A stretch of 63,779 nt of DNA, the filler included. It is 9 parts of 9 records of this genome, joined end to end, with 100 filler letters (N's around TTAATTAATTAA, not from the genome) between each part and the next. Parts side by side here need not be neighbours in the genome. Positions count along the whole stretch, not along the records: positions 15,372 to 21,204 come from SRR31156797_24607; positions 21,305 to 26,842 come from SRR31156797_24610; positions 26,943 to 36,723 come from SRR31156797_24620; 6 more parts are not named here. One strand, 5' to 3'. This document shows positions 19,918 to 28,733 of the stretch, in pieces. Under the pieces are notes generated by a model. The model saw only the letters and a list, made by a program, of their open reading frames with translations. It had not been told where the DNA came from and did not search any database. Made by a program: the position numbers and the translations under genes. How positions within the stretch are numbered: position 1 is the stretch's first letter; every line of letters begins with the position of its first letter.

Positions 19918-21073
19918 AGATGACCTCAATGTCCGCCGGACTTGCTTCAACCGGATTTGTGGCCAGGCAAACATCCTCAAAGGCATGGGCCGCCAGTCGG
20001 GGGATATGTCGGGGTAAAACCCCTGCATCTTTCAGGGTTACGCGAAGTCCCAGTTTTTCACGAAATGCCTGAATAGCCCTGATGAGAAGGCGCTTCTGAT
20101 TGTGACTCCCGTGGCCGTTAAGGGAAATGTCCATGGCACGGGCAATTTCCATATATTTCTTTTCACAGGATTCAAAATTGTAATCCACCACATGCTCCAG
20201 CAAAATGGCGTTGCATTCCCCATGAGGGAGATCCAGAAATCCGCCCAGGCTGTGGGCCATCGCGTGCACCAGTCCCAGGCCGGCATTGGAAAAAGCAAGA
20301 CCCGCTTCAAGGCTGGCGAGCATCATGTGATCTCTGTAGGCCATGTTTTCGGGGTAATCCATCACCCTGAGCAAGGTTCTGACAATGCGTCTGATGGATT
20401 GCAGGGCATAGTGATCCGTCAGGGGGGAACCCGCGTTGGATACATAGGCCTCAAAGGCGTGGGCCAGTGCGTCCATTCCGGTACAGGCCGCCAGTTCAGT
20501 CGGCATGGTGGTGGTGCAGCGCGGATCAACGAGCGCCACATCCGGCACAACACTCTTGCTGACGATGGATGTTTTGACTTTTTTTTGACTGTCCAGAACA
20601 ATGGCGAACTGGCTCACATCTGCCGAGGTCCCGGCAGTGGTGGGAATACAGATGAGCGGGGGGCCGGGTTCGGGAATTTCATCAACCCCTTTAAAATCGA
20701 GAATGTTTCCGTTGTTGGCGATGGTGATACCGATGCCTTTGGCGCAGTCCATGGGGCTGCCGCCCCCCACAGCGACAATCATGTCGCATTGGTTTTCAAC
20801 GTAAACATTGACGCCGGACAGGATCTCATAATCCTTGGGATTTGGGGTCAGTCTTTCAAAAACCACATACGGAATACCCAGTTGTTCCAGCTCTGCTGCC
20901 ACCTGAGAACTCCAGCCCGCGGTCTTGACACCGGGGTCCGTCACCAGCAGGACCACACCGGCACCAAAATTGCGGCAGTATTGACCCACAAGCTTTCTTG
21001 CCCCTTCCCCGAACACAAATTCCGGAGCCACGAATTTTCGTATTTCAAGACGCTCGTAGGGGTTTATGTCCAT
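19901..21073 (-). CDS. ercA: iron-containing alcohol dehydrogenase, ErcA-like regulatory type
   Basis: IRKFVAPEFVFGEG N-terminus, GGGSPMDCAK, PTTAGTSADVSQF, DALAHAFE, GLVHAMAHSLGG..PHGECNA; ATG 21073 follows GGGAGAGG. Confidence 0.75.
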   Translation of the reverse strand: MDINPYERLEIRKFVAPEFVFGEGARKLVGQYCRNFGAGVVLLVTDPGVKTAGWSSQVAAELEQLGIPYVVFERLTPNPKDYEILSGVNVYVENQCDMIVAVGGGSPMDCAKGIGITIANNGNILDFKGVDEIPEPGPPLICIPTTAGTSADVSQFAIVLDSQKKVKTSIVSKSVVPDVALVDPRCTTTMPTELAACTGMDALAHAFEAYVSNAGSPLTDHYALQSIRRIVRTLLRVMDYPENMAYRDHMMLASLEAGLAFSNAGLGLVHAMAHSLGGFLDLPHGECNAILLEHVVDYNFESCEKKYMEIARAMDISLNGHGSHNQKRLLIRAIQAFREKLGLRVTLKDAGVLPRHIPRLAAHAFEDVCLATNPVEASPADIEVIYEKAL

Positions 21074-21204
21074 ATGCCTCTCCCTTCGGTGCCAGGGGCG
21101 GAATGTGTTACGTTGTTGACAAGCATACAAACTACCCTCTACGCAGTATCTGCGAAATCCCGGAGGTCGACACACCCGGTTGTCTTGCGGTTTCAGCCAA
21201 TGAC

Positions 21205-21304
21205 NNNNNNNNNNNNNNNNNNNNNNNNNNNNNNNNNNNNNNNNNNNNTTAATTAATTAANNNNNNNNNNNNNNNNNNNNNNNNNNNNNNNNNNNNNNNN
21301 NNNN
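21205..21304. other. artificial contig-joining spacer
   Basis: N44-TTAATTAATTAA-N44. Confidence 0.99.
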
Positions 21305-21328
21305 GGGCACGGCGCGCCGTGCCCCTAC
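21305..21328. repeat. GTAG-type REP palindrome (RAYT-associated class)
   Basis: GGGCACGGC-GC-GCCGTGCCC followed by CTAC (GTAG on the minus strand); lies at the contig edge. Confidence 0.7.
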
Positions 21329-21436
21329 AGTAGAGAAATACGGGAAACTACTGGCATCGGAACATGAGAAACGCTTTATATCACGAGCCGGATGAAAAGA
21401 GTCGTTTACCAAACCCCGGTTCCGGTCACATGCACA

Positions 21437-22609
21437 TTATCGGTACTTTCGGTCCAGTTCCCATGCTTTTTTCATTTCATCACGTTCCTTCTCATCTTTT
21501 CTCCATTGCTCTTCCCTTTTTGCATCTTCCCGGGAAATGATTCTATTCAGGAGTTCTTTGTCCTCAAGAGCATCCTTGTCAATTCTTGCCATTGCCTCGA
21601 AACATGCGTCGCAGTCGGACTTTGCTATTTTTATGAGAAGATTCTGGTCGGTTATTTTTGGAATAATATATTGGGACAGGCAGTAAACGGAATTGCCGCC
21701 AATAAGGCCGCTTGAATATTGTTCTCTTGCAACAGGCGACATAGCCAAATCGGCAAGTACGGCCTGATCGTCAATTTGCTCAATTGCAATGCGTTTTACT
21801 TTCGGGGATGCGTCTGATTCGATAATCTCAACTAAACATGACACATCAGAAATCAGGGGAATGATTCTTTTCTTTATGAAATCGGAACAGTCCGGGATAA
21901 CACTCAGTAAGAGCTCATCCGAACATTTACTTAGTTTTTCATCCAGTAAATCGAGTACTTTCCATACAGCCTTATTCGCCTTGGGGAGCGACCTCGAGCT
22001 TTCCTTATCTTTTACGTTGCTATCAGCCAGTGCGGATGCTATCTCCGCCAGGGCTTGAGGGTCGTTGATTCTGTCAATAATGGAGCTCAACAGACCCATT
22101 TCATCCTCGGTTCTCCATTTTGAAAGCTCTGTATCCGCCGTTTCCCTGGCTACTTGTTTCAGAGAATTCGGATCATCTATCTTTTTTATCACTGTCTCAC
22201 GTAAATGAGGCGCGACCTTTGAAACGGCAATTTCAAATAAGGCGCCGGGATCCTGAACCATTTCAACGGCCTTACACCGGACAAACCACTCAAGATCCTC
22301 ATTGAAAACCATATCTTTTAAAAAGGATTGATCCGATATTCTCTCAGCAGCCGCCTCGCAAATCCCCCACCGCGGATTAAAACCCTGTGAGCATTCTTTT
22401 TTGAAGAATTTCACTTTCATAGTGGATATATTTTTTAATAAATCCTCATTTTCAATGCGCTTGACTGCAGCTACACACGTCCCCCAGTTTGCACCTGACA
22501 TGGCTATTTTATAGAGTGTGGCTTGATCGTTAATTGTTTCAAGAGCTTTTATGGCTACATCCGGATTTGAGTGTTTCCATTTAGGTTTAAACAGGTTGAT
22601 GATTGACAT
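21437..22609 (-). CDS. hypothetical alpha-helical (HEAT-like) repeat protein
   Basis: LFKPKWKHSNPDV start, then repeated A(V/I)xxIxDxxxLxxIA units. Confidence 0.7.
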   Translation of the reverse strand: MSIINLFKPKWKHSNPDVAIKALETINDQATLYKIAMSGANWGTCVAAVKRIENEDLLKNISTMKVKFFKKECSQGFNPRWGICEAAAERISDQSFLKDMVFNEDLEWFVRCKAVEMVQDPGALFEIAVSKVAPHLRETVIKKIDDPNSLKQVARETADTELSKWRTEDEMGLLSSIIDRINDPQALAEIASALADSNVKDKESSRSLPKANKAVWKVLDLLDEKLSKCSDELLLSVIPDCSDFIKKRIIPLISDVSCLVEIIESDASPKVKRIAIEQIDDQAVLADLAMSPVAREQYSSGLIGGNSVYCLSQYIIPKITDQNLLIKIAKSDCDACFEAMARIDKDALEDKELLNRIISREDAKREEQWRKDEKERDEMKKAWELDRKYR

Positions 22610-22841
22610 GTGAATCCTTTGTTTATCTGTAGATCCTGATTTATCTAAAGCGGCATGTGACTCACGCCCGGTAGGCGTTTTTTGGCCAACCTGCTGAAAA
22701 TCAGCCGTATATCCAACTTAAGGCTATAGTAATCCATAGTTATTCTCCCGGTCAAACTGAAAGTCATTGGTCATCCATGCCCGAACTTCGTCGGGCGGAT
22801 ATGTATTCGCCAAGGCAATCTTAGATTCCTGATGGCTGATC

Positions 22842-22878
22842 TGGCACGTTTATTGTCACATATGACACTTGTGACAAT
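22842..22878 (+). promoter_or_regulatory. sigma54-like promoter overlapped by a 9-bp inverted repeat
   Basis: TGGCAC-GTTTA-TTGT (the -12 GC is GT) plus ATTGTCACA-N9-TGTGACAAT at 22852-22878. Confidence 0.5.
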
Positions 22879-23067
22879 CGTTTATAAGCATTAATGTTAC
22901 AGGAATCAGAATGAATAAATCCGTTTTGCATAATTCGGGAATACCTCAGCGGCGGCATATATTACACTGGAAATGTTAACCCAACGGGGCCGCAGGCATT
23001 TAGGAAACAAATCCCGACTTTGGATAATATTAACTGAGGGGCGTCCCCCTGAAAGGAAGGTAAGAAA

Positions 23068-24198
23068 GTGTCAGACCAGGAAAAATACAAAAAGTTTGTT
23101 GAACACATGGACAATCCTGTGATGGGCTGGACCGAATCCGAACATAAAATGCCCATGATAACCTCGCTTTTAACCCCCGAGGACGCCGAATTTTTATCCC
23201 GCTTTCCCCATGGTTCCAAAAGCCTTGAAGAAATTGCCGAGGCCACGGGCATGACGCCCGAGGAAACAGCCCAGCTTTTGCAAAAATACGGCGAATTGGG
23301 CGTTATATATTCCAGTATTCGAGGGGATTCGGTGCGCTACCGCATTCTGGACCAGGTGCAGATGTTTTTGCGCATGCCATACTGGCACGGCCAGGAAACC
23401 GAAGAGTTGGAAAACACGGCCCATCACGCCAACGCATACATGGAAGACGGCTGGTATCAACCATACGATAATGTGAGCCGCGCCACATTGCGAGCCTTGC
23501 CGATCAACAAAACTATAGAAGACCCCCGCGGGCAGATGCCTTTTGAAGATGTAATGAAGATTATTGACAGCTATGAATACTATACAGTGTCATACTGCCC
23601 CTGCCGACAACGACACAAATTGGACAAGGATTCCCAGGACAGCGCCCACCTGCATGAGACCTGCCTGCATTTTGATACATTGGGCCGGCACATTGTCAAT
23701 CACGGCCTTGGCCGGGAAATCACCAAGGAAGAAACCATAGAAATACTGGAGAAGGCAGCCAAGGACGGCTTGGTGCACGGGATAAGCAACCAGGTTGAAA
23801 AACCGGACACTATCTGTAACTGCGATCCCATGTATTGTATCCAGTTCCGGCCTTACCACGTGATGGGATTTAAAAAAGCCATGGACCAGTCCAACTACCA
23901 GGTCAAACTGGACGCCCCTGAAAAGTGCAAGGCCTGCGCAATTTGCGCCAAACACTGTCCCATGGACGCCATACAGTTGAAGGTGCACCCGGAAGCGACC
24001 AACAAGTTCAACAAGTCCGTGGGCGTGGACGTCGACCTGTGCGTGGGCTGCGGCGTATGCGTGCATAAATGCCCGACAGGCTCCATCACCCTGGAACGGC
24101 GGGCGGAAACCACTACACCGCCTCAAACCGGCCGTGAATACGCGCAGATAATGATGACCGATCTCATGGCCGCCTATGAAGCCAAAACGAAGCAGTAG
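23068..24198 (+). CDS. 4Fe-4S dicluster protein with N-terminal HTH-like region
   Basis: CPCR, ETCLHF, GLVH..ICNC, CKACAICAKHCP and CVGCGVCVHKCP; GTG start follows AAGGAAGG. Confidence 0.85.
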   Translation: MSDQEKYKKFVEHMDNPVMGWTESEHKMPMITSLLTPEDAEFLSRFPHGSKSLEEIAEATGMTPEETAQLLQKYGELGVIYSSIRGDSVRYRILDQVQMFLRMPYWHGQETEELENTAHHANAYMEDGWYQPYDNVSRATLRALPINKTIEDPRGQMPFEDVMKIIDSYEYYTVSYCPCRQRHKLDKDSQDSAHLHETCLHFDTLGRHIVNHGLGREITKEETIEILEKAAKDGLVHGISNQVEKPDTICNCDPMYCIQFRPYHVMGFKKAMDQSNYQVKLDAPEKCKACAICAKHCPMDAIQLKVHPEATNKFNKSVGVDVDLCVGCGVCVHKCPTGSITLERRAETTTPPQTGREYAQIMMTDLMAAYEAKTKQ

Positions 24199-24218
24199 CC
24201 ATTCCTCATAATTTCATG

Positions 24219-24249
24219 CCGCCCTCTAATCCGATTCTTTGGAGGGCGG
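24219..24249 (+). terminator. hairpin after the 4Fe-4S gene
   Basis: CCGCCCTC...GAGGGCGG stem 20 nt after the stop; weak U-tract. Confidence 0.45.
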
Positions 24250-24477
24250 TGTGAAAACCTTTCAAGCAATCCAGGACAATCGCCATTTAATCATCCAAAA
24301 CTATGTGTTAATATACGGTCAAGCCGATTCATAATTGTGCATTGGCCCGTTTTTTTCGCCCATGGCGGATAAATTAAAGGCTTGAAACGCTTGTCGTTTG
24401 AGTTTCCTTGCCATCTATGATTTCGGGTTAATCCCTTTTTTGAGTCTGCCTTTAATAATAAGGATGCGAGGCGATTG

Positions 24478-25284
24478 ATGGAAATATTAAAACCGGATTC
24501 TTTTTTTGATCTGTCGGATATTTCGTTCGCGGACCTTTTCAGCGATGCGGAATTTGTGTGGGACATACTGGACCGCATTAAGGATTATGTAAAACAGCAC
24601 ATGAAGCCGAATGTCTTGGAATTGCGCCGGGATGGCGATGTCCTGTCCAAAAACCACGTAATTTGGAACGGACGCGTCATCACGGACGATCTCAAATTCC
24701 AGCCGGGCGACGCCTCAAAAGGACAATTCAAGGTTTTTCACAAGGGAGAACCGCTTGAAGGCGCCACGGTTATCTATGCCGGAGCGTCGCTTATGGACGA
24801 CGATATAGAACTCGGCCCGGGCGTGGTAGTGGAACCGGGCGCCTTGATAAAAGGCCCGACAATAATTGGCGAAAAAACCGAGGTCAGGCAAGGCGCTTAT
24901 GTAAGAGGCTCCTGCCTGGTCGGAAGATGCTGCGTCGTCGGCCATGTTACGGAAATGAAAAACTCGGTCATGCTCGACAATGCCAAGGCGGGCCACTTCG
25001 CTTACCTGGGAGACAGCATTCTGGGGCGGGGAGTGAACCTTGGCGCCGGAACCAAGCTGGCCAATTTGAAAATCGTTTCCAGGCCGGTAAAGATAAAGGT
25101 AGATGATAAGATATTTACTGTTGAAAGAAGGAAATTCGGGTCCATAATGGGCGACGGAGTCGAAACAGGATGCAACACCGTCACCAGTCCGGGCGCGGTT
25201 CTGGCGCCGGGATGCCTTGTTGCGCCCAACATGACCGTGGCTTCCGGGTTTTATAAGCGTAAGTCGGTTATCAGGAACAAATAA
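24478..25284 (+). CDS. GlmU-like left-handed beta-helix (hexapeptide) transferase
   Basis: EVRQGAYVRG, GHVTEMKNS, AGHFAYLGDSILG..VNLGAGTKLANL, KFGSIMGD..TGCN. Confidence 0.85.
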   Translation: MEILKPDSFFDLSDISFADLFSDAEFVWDILDRIKDYVKQHMKPNVLELRRDGDVLSKNHVIWNGRVITDDLKFQPGDASKGQFKVFHKGEPLEGATVIYAGASLMDDDIELGPGVVVEPGALIKGPTIIGEKTEVRQGAYVRGSCLVGRCCVVGHVTEMKNSVMLDNAKAGHFAYLGDSILGRGVNLGAGTKLANLKIVSRPVKIKVDDKIFTVERRKFGSIMGDGVETGCNTVTSPGAVLAPGCLVAPNMTVASGFYKRKSVIRNK

Positions 25285-25292
25285 ATAACGAT

Positions 25293-25318
25293 TCTCCCCG
25301 CGCGTTGTCGCGGGGAGA
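25293..25318. terminator. hairpin between convergent genes
   Basis: TCTCCCCGCG-CGTTGT-CGCGGGGAGA, perfect 10-bp stem. Confidence 0.6.
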
Positions 25319-25340
25319 TATTTGAATCAGCCTCTCCCGA

Positions 25341-25730
25341 TCAGGCTTCCGAATCCGCGTTTCTTTTTTCCAGAACTCCGGACAAAACTTTCAAAGCCCT
25401 GTTTACAACAGGCATGCCCGCGTATGTAAAAACCTGGAAAATCACCTCGGCTATTTCCTCGGTAGTGCACCCTACATTCAAGGCCGCCCAGATATGAAGC
25501 TCCAGTTCCTCGGTTCTTTCCAAAGCTGTCAGGGCGCTGATAGTCACCAGCTGCCTGGTCTTGTGGGGTATCTTTTCCCGAGCGTACATACGGCCTGTAA
25601 TAAATAGGGACAATTCCCTGGCCAGTTCGGGATCAAAGGATCTCCACAGTTCGTAAGGCCGGTCTCCTTTAAAGCCTTCAAAATAAAGTCCGGCTGTATT
25701 TTTTGTCAGTTCCTTAACATTGTCATCCAT
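25341..25730 (-). CDS. carboxymuconolactone decarboxylase (CMD/AhpD-like) family protein
   Basis: KTRQLVTISALTAL..ELELHIWAALNVGCT.EEIAEVIFQV..YAGMP. Confidence 0.85.
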   Translation of the reverse strand: MDDNVKELTKNTAGLYFEGFKGDRPYELWRSFDPELARELSLFITGRMYAREKIPHKTRQLVTISALTALERTEELELHIWAALNVGCTTEEIAEVIFQVFTYAGMPVVNRALKVLSGVLEKRNADSEA

Positions 25731-25785
25731 GAAATCCTCTCCTCTTCTTGATTATGAGCCTGATGCGTAATATTATTGCCTTGTC

Positions 25786-25814
25786 TTGTCAGGATCAAGA
25801 CCTGTTATTATAAA
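25786..25814 (+). promoter_or_regulatory. sigma70 promoter (TTGTCA-N17-TATAAA)
   Basis: Near-consensus hexamers upstream of the small ORF at 25841. Confidence 0.5.
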
Positions 25815-25840
25815 TGTTGGGAAATAATATTTTTTATACT

Positions 25841-26116
25841 ATGCCTGCAGATCGCGACATCCACACCATGCTTTTAAGAGTTCGCCCGCTCCTGGGCGCC
25901 CATCCCGATATAATGGTTGATTACCTTTTTTATCGCAGTGAAATAGAGTATCAGAAAGACAGACTGGACAGCGCTGAATTAAAGGCCCTGAAACGATTCG
26001 ACAGGTTTTTAAAAAAGTATAGCCGCTGGATCGCGGATGAAGTCTATACAGAGGAAGTCCTTAAAGAGGCTGGCGGCCAGTTCGCCCAGAGCCATTGGTG
26101 GTGGCGCTTTAAATAA
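25841..26116 (+). CDS. small hypothetical protein ending SHWWWRFK
   Basis: Open frame with plausible composition behind a candidate promoter; start moved from 25814 because that ATG overlaps the -10 box. Confidence 0.55.
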   Translation: MPADRDIHTMLLRVRPLLGAHPDIMVDYLFYRSEIEYQKDRLDSAELKALKRFDRFLKKYSRWIADEVYTEEVLKEAGGQFAQSHWWWRFK

Positions 26117-26251
26117 AAACAACCAGTAAACGTATCTTCTTCATGATCCCTTGGATGAGCTCAAAAGGAAATCCTAAAGATTGAGAAGGAGACAGGACAA
26201 CACATGCATCTTGAGATTCAACTTTTATTTCAACATGTTATTCAAGACTGA

Positions 26252-26842
26252 CTAACTCTTCGATAACACTTTTTCGATTTTTTCTCTCAAAACATCCGAG
26301 GAAAAGGGTTTGAGAATGTAGTCGTCGACCCTGGCCTTAACCGCCTCAATAACGTTTTCCTGTTGGACTTCTCCCGTAATTAAAATAAATGGAAGTCGGC
26401 TTAATCGCTTCAACGATCGGACATGCCGTAAAAGGCCTAGACCGGTCATCTCGGACATGTTCCAATCGGATATGATGAGATTGACGTCGATTGATTCGAG
26501 GGCTTTTGCCGCCACGGCGCCGTTTTCGGCCTCGATAAAATCAATAAATCCCATCTGACGTAAACTTCCTATTAACAGTCGGCGCATAGCCTTATGATCA
26601 TCCACCACCATGATTTTCAGGTTCTGGTCCAATGCTGTAGCCCGGCTTGTTTTGGGAGGTATGACTTTTTGTGATTCCGGTTCTTTTCTGAAACCGGGCA
26701 GGGAGACCGCCAAAGTCGTGCTTAGACCGTCTGACGAGTCAAGGTGAATGCTTCCGCCCATGGTTTCGGCAATCAACCTGGCCGAATATGCGCCCAGACC
26801 TGTCCCGCCTTCTTTACCCCAGGTGGAGTATTTATCAAAAAA
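26252..26842 (-). CDS. hybrid histidine kinase C-terminus (HATPase plus CheY-like receiver), 5' truncated
   Basis: Frame open to the contig edge: FDKYSTWGKEGGTGLGAYSARLIAE, then KIMVVDD, ISDWNM, YILKPF. Confidence 0.85.
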   Translation of the reverse strand, partial: FFDKYSTWGKEGGTGLGAYSARLIAETMGGSIHLDSSDGLSTTLAVSLPGFRKEPESQKVIPPKTSRATALDQNLKIMVVDDHKAMRRLLIGSLRQMGFIDFIEAENGAVAAKALESIDVNLIISDWNMSEMTGLGLLRHVRSLKRLSRLPFILITGEVQQENVIEAVKARVDDYILKPFSSDVLREKIEKVLSKS

Positions 26843-26942
26843 NNNNNNNNNNNNNNNNNNNNNNNNNNNNNNNNNNNNNNNNNNNNTTAATTAATTAANN
26901 NNNNNNNNNNNNNNNNNNNNNNNNNNNNNNNNNNNNNNNNNN
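26843..26942. other. artificial contig-joining spacer
   Basis: N44-TTAATTAATTAA-N44. Confidence 0.99.
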
Positions 26943-27060
26943 CTTGTTTTGAAGCAATTCTAATGCGTAATATATTTTCTAATGCATATTACGGGTTAAG
27001 CATTACCCAATGCTGACTTCATGTATTATGCCCCCATAGTACATGTAATTGTTTTCCTAA

Positions 27061-27101
27061 AAGAGGCTGCCTAATGGTTATAAGGGTAGCCTCTTTTTTT
27101 T
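27061..27101 (+). terminator. intrinsic terminator of an upstream (off-contig) plus-strand unit
   Basis: AAGAGGCTGCC...GGTAGCCTCTT followed by a T-run. Confidence 0.6.
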
Positions 27102-27141
27102 GCTTAAACAACTTATAAAATCTCAAACATAACAATAAAAC

Positions 27142-27175
27142 AACAAAGCCACCCCGAAATTGGAGTGGCTTTGTT
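27142..27175 (-). terminator. intrinsic terminator of gltBD
   Basis: AACAAAGCCAC...GTGGCTTTGTT stem 30 nt past the gltD stop, U-rich tail on the minus strand. Confidence 0.7.
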
Positions 27176-27205
27176 AATTTATAATATACCTCTATACTAT
27201 CTGTT

Positions 27206-28633
27206 CTATTTATCAGCCATTAAAAAGTTGTTTACATTCTCAGCCGCTTCGCGACCTTTTTGAATAGCTGTTACAACTAAACTGGCTCCATTGTGTGCGT
27301 CACCAGCAGCAAATACTTTATCAACGCTAGTTTGATAAGTATTGTTGATTTTTAGGTTACCTCTTTGATCAGTTTCAATACCTAACTCTTCAACCAATCC
27401 TTTATGCACTGCGTGAACAAATCCCATAGATAAGAACACTAAATCTACATCTATGATACGCTCAGAACCAGCCACCTCATTCATTTTCCAGGCACCTTTT
27501 TCATCTTTGGTCCACTCTACATCTACTAACTCCACTTTTTTAAGTGTTCCGTTAGAACCGATGAATTGCTTAGTTGATACGCTCCACATACGCTCACATC
27601 CTTCTTCGTGGGAAGTAGATGTTTTTAGCACGTTTGGCCAGTAAGGCCATGGATTACCTTCAGCTCTGTCAACCGGAGGCTTAGGTAAAATTTCGATTTG
27701 TGTAACGCTTTTGGCTTTATGACGGTTTGAAGTTCCCACACAGTCAGAACCGGTATCACCACCTCCAATTACCAATACATTTTTACCTTCTGCACTGATA
27801 CGGTCTTTATTGGTCACTTTAGCTCCTCTGTTTACTCTGTTTTGTTGAGTTAGGAACTCCATGGCAAAATGAACGCCTTTTAAATCACGACCTTCAACAG
27901 GTAAATCGCGAGGTTGCATAGCACCAATAGCTAACACAACAGCGTCAAAATCCTGAAGGATTTTTTCACCTTTTACATCGTAACCTACGTATTGATTTGT
28001 TTTGAATTTGATACCTTCCTGCTCAAAAATTTCGATACGACGATCGATTACTTTTTTATTTAATTTGAAATCAGGAATACCAAAACGTAATAATCCACCA
28101 ACAGCCTCATCTTTCTCGAACACCGTAACATCATGTCCCATTTGATTTAATAAATCAGCTGATGACATACCTGCAGGTCCCGAACCAATTACCGCTACTT
28201 TTTTACCGGTACGTTTTTGAGGAATTCTAGGTTGGATATATCCTTCTGAGAAAGCTTTTTCTACAATAGAAGCCTCATTCTCACGAATGGTTACCGCTTC
28301 TTTATGAATAGCCAATACACATGATTTTTCACATGGATTTGGACAAATACGACCTGTGAATTCAGGAAAACTATTTGTAGAATGTAAGATATCACTAGCT
28401 AATTTCCACTCTCCTTTATAGATGGCATCTTGCCATTCAGGAATTTTACTTCCTACAGGACAAGCCCAGTGGCAAAAAGGAATACCACAATCCATACATC
28501 TTGACGCCTGGAGTTTTCGATCTTTTTCGTTAAGCGTTTGCTCTACCTCTCCATAATCATCAATACGCTCATTTACGGGACGGTAGCCGCTATCAATACG
28601 CTCTACCTCAATAAAACCTTTAGGATTACCCAT
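27206..28633 (-). CDS. gltD: glutamate synthase small (beta) subunit
   Basis: MGNPKGF start (ATG 28633), QASRCMDCGIPFC, FPEFTGRICP, GSGPAG, GGGDTGSDC. Confidence 0.97.
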   Translation of the reverse strand: MGNPKGFIEVERIDSGYRPVNERIDDYGEVEQTLNEKDRKLQASRCMDCGIPFCHWACPVGSKIPEWQDAIYKGEWKLASDILHSTNSFPEFTGRICPNPCEKSCVLAIHKEAVTIRENEASIVEKAFSEGYIQPRIPQKRTGKKVAVIGSGPAGMSSADLLNQMGHDVTVFEKDEAVGGLLRFGIPDFKLNKKVIDRRIEIFEQEGIKFKTNQYVGYDVKGEKILQDFDAVVLAIGAMQPRDLPVEGRDLKGVHFAMEFLTQQNRVNRGAKVTNKDRISAEGKNVLVIGGGDTGSDCVGTSNRHKAKSVTQIEILPKPPVDRAEGNPWPYWPNVLKTSTSHEEGCERMWSVSTKQFIGSNGTLKKVELVDVEWTKDEKGAWKMNEVAGSERIIDVDLVFLSMGFVHAVHKGLVEELGIETDQRGNLKINNTYQTSVDKVFAAGDAHNGASLVVTAIQKGREAAENVNNFLMADK

Positions 28634-28657
28634 AACTTTATATTTTTTGAGAAGCTT

Positions 28658-28702
28658 GTCCAAAACGCCGATACTCAAATGAGTATCGACATGCTTTTGG
28701 AC
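28658..28702. other. strong intercistronic hairpin between gltB and gltD
   Basis: GTCCAAAA..CGATACTC-AAAT-GAGTATCG..TTTTGGAC. Confidence 0.6.
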
Positions 28703-28733
28703 TTCCTTCTTTATTCAAAGACTTGATAATTAA

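Noticed and set aside
20102..21204. 384-aa plus-strand ORF and other long antisense ORFs (for example 14121-14909, 18454-19212, 38733-39431)
   Set aside because: Shadow frames opposite well-supported genes, with no recognisable motifs.
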